Shown: piece after piece, positions 1 to 7,732 of the stretch
How positions within the stretch are numbered: position 1 is the stretch's first letter
How the letters are laid out: every line of letters begins with the position of its first letter
NCBI GenBank assembly: GCA_965277785.1
Contig: CBDIDP010000014.1
Span: forward strand, 570,299-634,298
From: Caulobacteraceae bacterium
Lineage (GTDB): Bacteria; Pseudomonadota; Alphaproteobacteria; Caulobacterales; Caulobacteraceae
DNA: 64,000 nucleotides
Direction of reading: 5' to 3'
Notes under the pieces: generated by a model
Seen by the model: the letters and a program-made list of their open reading frames with translations, nothing else
What the model was told of the DNA's origin: nothing
Databases searched by the model: none
Position numbers and translations under genes: made by a program

Positions 1-1
1 C

Positions 2-214
2 CGCCGCGGCGGCGCGCTGGTCACGGCGCGGGTCGATGACGCGGCGACGCCCGCGGTCAGGGCGGCTCTAACCCACGAACGCACCGTCGATCTCGCGGCC
101 CGCCGCGACGCCTATCGTTCCGAAGGTTGGACAGCGTTCGACGAAACCTCGCCTCCCTACACCGCCGACCAGATCGCCGCCGAGCGCGCGCGGTACGTCA
201 GCGGCGGCATCTGA
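2..214 (+). CDS. C-terminal part of an alphaproteobacterial general stress protein (5' end outside window)
   Basis: Frame 2 reads RRGGALVTARVDD...AYRSEGWTAFDETSPPYTADQIAAERARY to TGA 212-214, a C-terminus typical of this family; not in the ORF track. Confidence 0.7.
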   Translation, partial: RRGGALVTARVDDAATPAVRAALTHERTVDLAARRDAYRSEGWTAFDETSPPYTADQIAAERARYVSGGI

Positions 215-240
215 ACCGCGATCCTCAAGGAAAATCCCAC

Positions 241-822
241 GTGAAACACACGCTCATCACTCTGTTGCTCGCGAGCGCCTTCGCCGGCGCCGCCTTCGCC
301 CAGACCGCGCCCGTCGGCGACCCGGACGCCAAGGGCAACTCGCCGGTCAAGGCCGCGCATACCGTCAATGACGGCGCCGCCAAGCCGGCCGCGAACTCCT
401 TCACCCGCGGCCAGGCGATCAAGCACATCGAGAAATCCGGCTATTCCGGCGTTGCGGGCCTGACCGAGGGCCGCGACGGCGTCTGGCGCGGAAAGGCGAT
501 GAAGAACGGCGCGTCGGTCAATGTCGCCATGGACTTCAAGGGCAACGTGACCGAAGGCATGGCCCCCGTCGCCGCCCGCCGCATGATGGCCCCGCCGACC
601 GTCGCAACGCCGACGACCGATGATGGCGCGGCGGCGCCCGCCGCCGCACAAGCGCCCGAGGCCGCCGCCACGTCGGGAATGAGCCGACATCACGGGCGCC
701 ATCATCGCCACTGGCGCCGTCATCATCGTCACCACGGCGGCGGCGGTCACGGCATGAGCGGCGTCGACCGCAACAAGAACGGTATCTCCGATAAGGAAGA
801 CCGCGCCATCGCTCGCCATTAG
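241..822 (+). CDS. Secreted PepSY-like domain protein with His/Arg-rich C-terminal tail
   Basis: GTG 241 after AAGGAAAA; signal peptide KHTLITLLLASAFAGAAFA; ANSFTRGQAIKHIEKSGY...GVWRGKA...VAMDFKGNV. Confidence 0.8.
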   Translation: MKHTLITLLLASAFAGAAFAQTAPVGDPDAKGNSPVKAAHTVNDGAAKPAANSFTRGQAIKHIEKSGYSGVAGLTEGRDGVWRGKAMKNGASVNVAMDFKGNVTEGMAPVAARRMMAPPTVATPTTDDGAAAPAAAQAPEAAATSGMSRHHGRHHRHWRRHHRHHGGGGHGMSGVDRNKNGISDKEDRAIARH

Positions 823-835
823 CGGCGCACGGACG

Positions 836-870
836 AAGGGCCGCCGCCTCGCGGCGACGGCCCTTGTTTC
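836..870 (+). terminator. Probable intrinsic terminator hairpin
   Basis: AAGGGCCG(c)CGCC-TCGC-GGCG(a)CGGCCCTT followed by GTTTC, 13 nt after the stop at 822. Confidence 0.5.
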
Positions 871-1004
871 GCGCTGACCTAAAGACGGGTTCCTCCAGGA
901 ACGTCGCGAACTTGCACGGTCGTTAGGCGCCGCGCCGTTCAATTCGCCGTCTCAATGGGCGCCGGAACCCGAGGCGTGTCAAGAGATCAGGACACCGCCA
1001 CCGT

Positions 1005-1964
1005 TCAGGCGAGGACCAAGCGCCTCGCCAATCGGTCGACCGCGGGCGTGTCCGCCTCGAACACGAAGTCGGGCCGGCTGACGCTCACCGGACCGACGCC
1101 GGCCTCGGCGAGCGCGTGGGCCGCGGCGAACAGGTCGCCGCCGTCGACCAGCACGCCGCTCTGGCCCACCGCGTCTCCCGGCGCCGCGAACCCCGCGACC
1201 GCCGTGCGCGCTTGCCCGTCCCGCCCGGGCGGCCACGCCAGGCTGGCGATCGCCTTGCCGCGCGCGCGGGCGGCGACGATCGACAACAGCCGGCGGCAGA
1301 GGTCGAGGCGGTCGGTGTCCCACGTCGCGGTAAGCGCCGCGGCGACATGGGCTTGGCTGCTCAGGATCAGGCCGTCGTCCAGCACCTTGAGGCCGTTGGC
1401 GGCGAGCGTCGCGCCGGTGGTGGTGATGTCGACGACGAGTTCCGCCGCGCCGGCGGCGGGAGCGCCCTCGGTGGCGCCCCCCGACTCCGCGAGCCGATAG
1501 TCGGCGATGCCGTGGCGGGCGAAGAACAGCCGGGTCTGCAGCAGGTATTTCGTCGCCACCCGCAGCCGCCGGCCGGTGCGGGCGAGATAGTGGTGCGCCA
1601 CCTCGTCGACGTCGGCCATGGTGTCCACGTCGATCCAGCTCCTAGGCGCGGCGACCACGAGGTCGGCGCGGCCGAAGCCGAGGGCGGCGAGGAGCATCAC
1701 CCGCTCGTCCATCTGCTCGCCCGCCTCGCGCAGCAGGTCCTCTCCGGTGACGCCGAGATGGACCTCGCCCGCGAGCAGGCTGGCGGCGATGTCGCCCGCA
1801 GAGGCGAGGCGGACCTGGACCTCGGGGAAACCGTCGAGGGTGGCGCTGTAGCCGCGCACGCCGCCGGCCATGCGCAGGGCGAGCCCGGCGTCGGAAAGCC
1901 AGGACTCGACCTGATCCTTCAGCCGGCCCTTGGACGGCAGGGCGACGATCAACGGCTCGGTCAT
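1005..1964 (-). CDS. hisG: ATP phosphoribosyltransferase
   Basis: ALPSKGRL, LGVTGEDLL, VATKY, ESGGATEGAP, VDITTTGATL; ATGA overlap with hisZ. Confidence 0.95.
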   Translation of the reverse strand: MTEPLIVALPSKGRLKDQVESWLSDAGLALRMAGGVRGYSATLDGFPEVQVRLASAGDIAASLLAGEVHLGVTGEDLLREAGEQMDERVMLLAALGFGRADLVVAAPRSWIDVDTMADVDEVAHHYLARTGRRLRVATKYLLQTRLFFARHGIADYRLAESGGATEGAPAAGAAELVVDITTTGATLAANGLKVLDDGLILSSQAHVAAALTATWDTDRLDLCRRLLSIVAARARGKAIASLAWPPGRDGQARTAVAGFAAPGDAVGQSGVLVDGGDLFAAAHALAEAGVGPVSVSRPDFVFEADTPAVDRLARRLVLA

Positions 1965-3100
1965 GCCGCGCCCACCCAGGCCCGGCCGGGCCGCACCATG
2001 CAGCCCACCGCGCCCGTGTCCATCGTCTCACCCAGCTTGGCGGCGAGCCCGTCATAACGCCCGCCGGCGGCCACCGGCTGATCGGCCCCGAGCGCCGCGC
2101 TGCGCACCTCGAACAACACGCCGTCGTAATAGCCGAACGCGCGCCCGAACGCGGCGGAGAACCGCACCCGTTCGGAGGGAACCCCCGCCGCGGTCATGGC
2201 CTCCATGCGCCGGCGCCACGAGTCGCGGACGGCGGTGAGGGCGGAGTGCCCGGCGCCGACCAGGGCTTCGGCGGCCGCGAGCGCCTGGTCCGGCGCGTCG
2301 GCGATGGCCAGGAAACGCTCGATCATCTCCGCCTGTTCGGGAGCGAGACGGGGCGAGGCGCCGAGCGCGGCGCGCTCGGCGAGGCGATGGACGATCTCCG
2401 CCGGACCGCGACCGCCGACGGGCTCGATGCCCGCCAATCCCCAGATGTCCTGCAACACCTCGGCCGCGGCCTCTTCGGAGAGGCCGGAAAGGAGGGCGGC
2501 GAGGCGTTCGCCGCCACCCCGGGCGCGCCGCTCCGGGGCGGTGTCGCCGGCCCGGAGTTCGGCCCGAAGCCGGCGGGGGCTTGAAAAGGCGCGCTTCAGG
2601 CGCGTCGCCAGCGGAGGAGCGACACCCAGGGCGTCGACGAAGGTCGCGAACAAGCCGACGTCGCCGAGCAGCAGGGTCAGGTCCGATCGGCCGCCCGCCG
2701 CCGCCGAGCGCCAGGCTAGCGCGGCCATCTCGGCGTCCAGTTCCGCCGGGTCGCCGCCCTCGAACACCTCCAGCCCGATCTGCGGAAACTCCTCCGACCT
2801 TCCCGTCCCCGGCGGCGCGACGCGAAAAGCGTGGCCCCGATAGTAGTAGCGCCCGCTGGCGCGACCGCTGTCGAGGTGCGCGCGCAGGGCGGCCAGGGTA
2901 AAATCGGTTCTCAGGCAGGATTCCGGGCCGTCGCCGCCCTGGACGATGAACAGACGCTCCCGCAACTCCTCGCCTAGCAGGTCGAGGAGAAGTCCGAGAG
3001 GCTGGATGACGGGCGGGTCGAGGGGATGGGCGACGATCGCCCGGAGCGGCTCGCGGATCGCGGCGAACGCTTCGGCGGGGATCGCCGGTTCCAGTCTCAC
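1961..3100 (-). CDS. hisZ: ATP phosphoribosyltransferase regulatory subunit
   Basis: LRTDFT, EFPQIGLE, FGYYDGVLFE, AAGGRYDGL; GTG 3100 overlaps the hisS TGA (the longer track ORF is a spurious extension). Confidence 0.9.
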   Translation of the reverse strand: MRLEPAIPAEAFAAIREPLRAIVAHPLDPPVIQPLGLLLDLLGEELRERLFIVQGGDGPESCLRTDFTLAALRAHLDSGRASGRYYYRGHAFRVAPPGTGRSEEFPQIGLEVFEGGDPAELDAEMAALAWRSAAAGGRSDLTLLLGDVGLFATFVDALGVAPPLATRLKRAFSSPRRLRAELRAGDTAPERRARGGGERLAALLSGLSEEAAAEVLQDIWGLAGIEPVGGRGPAEIVHRLAERAALGASPRLAPEQAEMIERFLAIADAPDQALAAAEALVGAGHSALTAVRDSWRRRMEAMTAAGVPSERVRFSAAFGRAFGYYDGVLFEVRSAALGADQPVAAGGRYDGLAAKLGETMDTGAVGCMVRPGRAWVGAA

Positions 3101-4572
3101 GGCGTGGCGTCCACGATCCGCTTCACCGAGGCGACCAGTTCCGACCTCGGCGCGGTGAACTGGCCTGGCCGTTCCGCGCGCCAAGCCTCGTTGCCGCTGA
3201 CACCGGCGGCGAGTTCCCGGCCGAGGTCGAGGTCCTTGATCGTCACCGTTCCGGCGGCGATCTCGTCGCCGCCCACGATCACCGCGGCCGGCGCGCCCCG
3301 GCGGTCGGCGTATTTCATCTGCGGCCGCATGCCGGACGAGCCGAGATAGACCTCGGCGGCGATCCCGGCGGCGCGCAGTTCGGCGGCCATGGCGAAATAG
3401 GCGTCCATCTGGGTCTGATCGAGGGCGAGCACGACCACGGGGCCGCGCGTCTTCAGGCCGGTTCCGCCCCCGCCGGCCGCGAGCGCGCCGGCCAACCGCG
3501 ACACGCCGAAAGAGAAGCCCGTCGCCGGCGTCGTCTGACCGGTGAAGCGCGCCACCAGATCGTCGTAGCGACCGCCGCCGCCGATCGAGCCGTAGCGCAA
3601 CGCCTCGCCGGCGTTGTCCAGGCCGGCGCCGGTGAGCTGCGCTTCGAACACCGCGCCGGTGTAGTATTCCAGCCCGCGCACCACCGACGGATCGAACAGG
3701 GCGCGGTCCTCGGCGACGCCCAGCGCGGTGAGCGCCGCGCCGATGCGGTCCAGCTCCGCCAGGCCCTCGTCGCCCACCGGCGAACCGCCGATCACTTGGC
3801 TCAGGCGCGCCAGCGTCTCGGTTCGCGTCGGGCGCCCGGCTTCGACGAAGGCCATCACCGAGTCGATCGCGGCGCCGCTCAGGTCCGAGCCCCGGGTGAA
3901 GGCGCCGGACTCGTCCTTGCGCCCCGCGCCGAGCAGAGCCCGCGTGCCGCCGGCGCCCAGCCTGTCCAGCTTGTCCACCGCGCGCAGCACCGAAAGCTTC
4001 TGGCCGCCGTCGCTCACCCCGGCGACGGTCAGCAGGCCGTCGAGCAGTTTGCGGTTGTTGATCTTGACCACATAGGCGTCGGTCGGCAGCCCGGCGGCGG
4101 CGTAGCCCTCCACCGCCATGGCGATGATCTCGGCGTCGGCCTCGGGCCGCGCGGAGCCCACCGTGTCGGCGTCGCACTGGATGAACTGGCGGCCGTGGCC
4201 AGGCCCCGGCTTCTCGTTGCGCCACACAGGGCCATGGGCATAGCGGCGGAACGGCTTGGCCAGCGTCTCCCAGTTCTCGGCGCAGAACCGCGCCAGCGGG
4301 GCGGTGAGGTCATAGCGCAGCGCCATCCACTGCTCGTCGTCGTCTTGCAGCGCGAACACCCCTTCGTTGGGACGATCGGCGTCGGGCAGGAACTTGCCGA
4401 GGGCGTCGGCGTACTCGAACGCCCCGGTGTCGAGCAGCTCGAAACCATAGGATTCATAGACCCGCGACACCGCCTCCAGGATGCGCCGCTCCGCGCGCAG
4501 AGCCTCGGCCCGGCGGTCCTGAAACCCACGCGGCGCGCGCGCGACCGGCCTTGCGATGTCGGGGGCGTCCAT
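3097..4572 (-). CDS. hisS: Histidine--tRNA ligase
   Basis: PRGFQD, LRYDLTAPLAR, VWRNEKPGPG, QFIQCDAD, VRGLEYYTG, GGGRYDDL. Confidence 0.97.
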   Translation of the reverse strand: MDAPDIARPVARAPRGFQDRRAEALRAERRILEAVSRVYESYGFELLDTGAFEYADALGKFLPDADRPNEGVFALQDDDEQWMALRYDLTAPLARFCAENWETLAKPFRRYAHGPVWRNEKPGPGHGRQFIQCDADTVGSARPEADAEIIAMAVEGYAAAGLPTDAYVVKINNRKLLDGLLTVAGVSDGGQKLSVLRAVDKLDRLGAGGTRALLGAGRKDESGAFTRGSDLSGAAIDSVMAFVEAGRPTRTETLARLSQVIGGSPVGDEGLAELDRIGAALTALGVAEDRALFDPSVVRGLEYYTGAVFEAQLTGAGLDNAGEALRYGSIGGGGRYDDLVARFTGQTTPATGFSFGVSRLAGALAAGGGGTGLKTRGPVVVLALDQTQMDAYFAMAAELRAAGIAAEVYLGSSGMRPQMKYADRRGAPAAVIVGGDEIAAGTVTIKDLDLGRELAAGVSGNEAWRAERPGQFTAPRSELVASVKRIVDATP

Positions 4573-4622
4573 GCGGCGGCGCTTAGCGGGTATCGGGGGG
4601 GCGCGGCAAGGCCGGCCGCCGG

Positions 4623-7600
4623 TCAGGTTCCGTCGAGCAGGCGGGCCACGAGGGCGTCGATCCGGCCGGAGACGCCGTGTTCGCGCAGCTGATCGCGCAC
4701 GATCCGCCGCGCGCGGGCGAACGGGATGCCGTCGACGAACTCGATCTCCGCCGTCAGCCCCTCCGACTCGCGTCCGGCGTTGGAGAGTTCGGCGTGCAGG
4801 GCCGATGTGGCGGAGAAGCGCGGGATGGGCAGGGTGAACATCACCTTGTCGAAGTGACGAGCGCCGAAAAGCCCGCGCGATTGGCGATCCGCGACCCGAC
4901 CCCGCGCTTCTTCGGAATTGAGGATCGCGATTAGAAAGTAGGCTTCGTCCTCACTGTCGGGAACGGCCCAATAGAGCATGTGGTCGATGACACCGCTGTC
5001 GTGGCGCAAGATGCACGCGGCGGGGTGTGTCCCCGCTTTCGAGTAGACCACGCGAAGGGGTGAAATCGGAAACTGCGCTCCCAGTTCGTTGTGATAGTTC
5101 CATCGCTCGACCAGCGACATCCTGTCGGCGCTGTGCTCTCGCCAGACAGGCTCCGCGCTCCGCAACCAGGCGCCCAGACCGGACAGCCCGAGGTCGGCCG
5201 CTCCTTTGGCATCGATCATCTGCCCGTTGGCGTGGGTCGGAATCACGCCCTCGAACGCTCGCCAGACCCGGTAGGGCAAAATGCTCTCGCCGAGATAGAC
5301 GGGCCGCAGATACTCCGCCTCGACCGGGTGCTGGATCGCCGGCAAATCCTTCCATGGGCTCTTTTCGAGAGAGGTTCGTCGACTGGCGACCAACGGCGAC
5401 GACCTCGACATGCCAAGACGACCTTGGGATTTGCGTTCGACCAGACACAACATTCGCGGAAACAGGCTCGCACCGTTCCTGAACATCTTTTGGAACTCAG
5501 AAGGTCGCGCGCCGTCCTCAGCTGGCGGCGGCGCGTTGCTCGCGCCCACCGTCAGCCGTTCGTCGGCGATCGCCTCCGAAGCGTCGCGCAGCGGCAGGCG
5601 ACCGGAGTAATGCACCATCCGCTCGGGCGTCTTCTTCCCCACCGCGCGACGGCGGCCGAACAGGACGCAGGCGGGGACTGGGAAAAGCGGTTCGACTTCG
5701 TCGAGGTCCCACGCCTCGTCCCAGGCGATCCGCGCGCTGTCGTAGCTGCCGGTGCGGAACGGCGCGAATTGGCCGCCGCGCATGACCGCGCGGGGCAGCA
5801 CGAAGGCGATCGTCCCCGCCGCGCGCAGATAGAGGCCCGCGGCGCGCACGGTGAACAGGGCGCAGAGGTCGGCCTGGGTCGCCATCTTGCCCCCGACCCA
5901 GATGCGCTCGCCGCGTGCCAGTTCGCGAAAACGGCGTTGCAGGCCGTCCGTCATATGCCGGAAGGCCAGCCACGGCGGGTTGCCGACCAGTACGCTGGCC
6001 CAGCGCACCCCTCCGGAATAGGTGAACGGCCGCGTCAGATTTCGCGCGACATAGCCCCAGATCGAGTCCCGGCCCGCCCGGCGCAGTTCGTCGTAGGTCG
6101 TATAGGTCTTGGTCAGGTCGTCGAGCGCGGTCTCCTCGTAGCCGATCAGGTCGCGCTTGTAGTGCTGCTCGATGGTCCGGACGCCCCGGCGCCGGAACTG
6201 CTCGGCGCCGTCGCCGGCCAGGGACGCGACGCGCACATTCTCGATCAGCTTGTCGAACAGCGGCCCGTCCTTGGCGAGTTGCTCGGGGAAAACCAGCACC
6301 GCCGCGCCGCTGGCGACCCCGCCGCCCGTCGCGCCACTGCCGTTGGTCACCAGATGAGCGGCCTCGCCCGGCGGGGCGGGCACGGTGATCACCAACTCCT
6401 GACGGCGCATGTAGGTCTGCACCGACAACTGCATCGCGTCGCCGAGGTAGACCGGGATCGAGAGCGTTCCGTCGCGATCGGCTAGGGCGGGGGCCAGCGC
6501 GAGTAGGTAGGTGACGCGGGCGATGATGATGGCGACGGGGTGAATATCCATGCCGGCCACGAGCCGGCAAGCCTCGACCGCGCGTTCGGTCGGTTCGAGT
6601 CCGGCGTCGACGCTTTCCGCGAGCGCGCGGCGTACGGCGTGGAACAGAAACGTGCCGGAGCCGCAGGCGGGGTCGAGCACCGTCTGTTCGAGGGGGTTTG
6701 TCACCACCTTGGCGACGATCTTCGCGGCCAGCCAGTCCGGCGTGTAGTATTCGCCGAGGCCATGGCGCTGGTCGCGGTCGATCAGGGATTCATACAGGAT
6801 CTTCAGCACGTCGATCTTCACCGCGCGCAGCCGGAACCGTCCGACGTGGCGCGCGAGGCGGCGGACGAGATCGGGGCCGCCCGGCGCCAAGAGGATCCAG
6901 TCGAAGAAGTCGCTCTCCACCGCGCCGACGATCCCCGCCTCGCTGAAGATGCGGCCGGAGAGGATGGCAGCCGGATCGTCGTCCTCGACCTCCATCACCC
7001 GCGCGGCGATGGATTTAGCGACGATCACCAGGAAGGTGTGCTGCAGCCACAGCTCGTCGTCATCGACATCCCGGCCATGGACCAGGGTGAGGAGCTGCGA
7101 CCATAGTTGTCGTTGAAGCGAGGCGGTGGGGTGTTCCGCCACCGCTGCCCACGCCCGCAACAACCCCGCCTTCGCCCGCAGGAAGGCGATGCTCTCGTGG
7201 CCGAGTTCGGCGATGACGTTGAGGGCGTCCGGCTCGATCTGGGCCTTGGCGGCGACCGCGCCGTCGAGCCAGGCGAGCAGGGCGTCGGGATTGCGCGGGT
7301 CGGTCTTGTAGGCGCGCAGCAGGAACGGCGCGCCGGCGCGCATTTCATAGGCTTCCCATTCCAGCCCATCGGTCACCACACCGACGAACAGTTCGCCCGT
7401 GGCGGCCTCGCGCTCCGGGAGGTAGCGCCCTAGTTCTTCCAGGGCGTCGCCGCGCTCGCGGGGCAGGTTGGACTTGAACTCCAGGACGGTGCGGCCGAGC
7501 AGGGCGTCGATGCGGCCCCGCGCCTCGACCACCCGCACCTCGTGGGCGATGTCGTGCAGTTCCGCGCCCAAACCTTCGGTCAGAAGGGTGGAGACCAGGG

Positions 7601-7676
7601 TGCGCACCGCCTCGTGTCGCGGCCGACGCGCCAGTTCGGCGACGATCTCGAACAGGCGGGACGAGGTCAGCGGCAT
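4623..7676 (-). CDS. Single-chain type IIG/IIL-like restriction-modification enzyme (nuclease + N6-adenine MTase + target-recognition region)
   Basis: N-terminal GRIDALL...LEFK nuclease motif; GEYYTP; motif I VLDPACGSGTFL; motif IV VGNPPW; 1017 aa. Confidence 0.85.
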   Translation of the reverse strand: MPLTSSRLFEIVAELARRPRHEAVRTLVSTLLTEGLGAELHDIAHEVRVVEARGRIDALLGRTVLEFKSNLPRERGDALEELGRYLPEREAATGELFVGVVTDGLEWEAYEMRAGAPFLLRAYKTDPRNPDALLAWLDGAVAAKAQIEPDALNVIAELGHESIAFLRAKAGLLRAWAAVAEHPTASLQRQLWSQLLTLVHGRDVDDDELWLQHTFLVIVAKSIAARVMEVEDDDPAAILSGRIFSEAGIVGAVESDFFDWILLAPGGPDLVRRLARHVGRFRLRAVKIDVLKILYESLIDRDQRHGLGEYYTPDWLAAKIVAKVVTNPLEQTVLDPACGSGTFLFHAVRRALAESVDAGLEPTERAVEACRLVAGMDIHPVAIIIARVTYLLALAPALADRDGTLSIPVYLGDAMQLSVQTYMRRQELVITVPAPPGEAAHLVTNGSGATGGGVASGAAVLVFPEQLAKDGPLFDKLIENVRVASLAGDGAEQFRRRGVRTIEQHYKRDLIGYEETALDDLTKTYTTYDELRRAGRDSIWGYVARNLTRPFTYSGGVRWASVLVGNPPWLAFRHMTDGLQRRFRELARGERIWVGGKMATQADLCALFTVRAAGLYLRAAGTIAFVLPRAVMRGGQFAPFRTGSYDSARIAWDEAWDLDEVEPLFPVPACVLFGRRRAVGKKTPERMVHYSGRLPLRDASEAIADERLTVGASNAPPPAEDGARPSEFQKMFRNGASLFPRMLCLVERKSQGRLGMSRSSPLVASRRTSLEKSPWKDLPAIQHPVEAEYLRPVYLGESILPYRVWRAFEGVIPTHANGQMIDAKGAADLGLSGLGAWLRSAEPVWREHSADRMSLVERWNYHNELGAQFPISPLRVVYSKAGTHPAACILRHDSGVIDHMLYWAVPDSEDEAYFLIAILNSEEARGRVADRQSRGLFGARHFDKVMFTLPIPRFSATSALHAELSNAGRESEGLTAEIEFVDGIPFARARRIVRDQLREHGVSGRIDALVARLLDGT

Positions 7677-7701
7677 CGACGGCTCCGAATCGCCGTCCAG
7701 A

Positions 7702-7728
7702 TTAGGCGTCGCGCGCGCGGACGCCTAA
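7702..7728. terminator. Inverted repeat between the dsbD-like gene and the RM gene (possible terminator)
   Basis: TTAGGCGTC-N9-GACGCCTAA; no clear U-tract. Confidence 0.35.
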
Positions 7729-7732
7729 CGCC

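Noticed and set aside
898-924. GGAAC...CGTT resembling a SigT promoter
   Set aside because: Spacer is 18 nt (consensus 16-17) and it points antisense into the hisG 3' end
1961-4225. Apparent 754-aa HisZ fusion and similar long N-terminal extensions (selO, hemD, pseudouridine synthase, DUF779, hisA, 20549 ORF)
   Set aside because: The extensions overlap the upstream gene in another frame; internal starts with stop/start overlaps explain the real proteins
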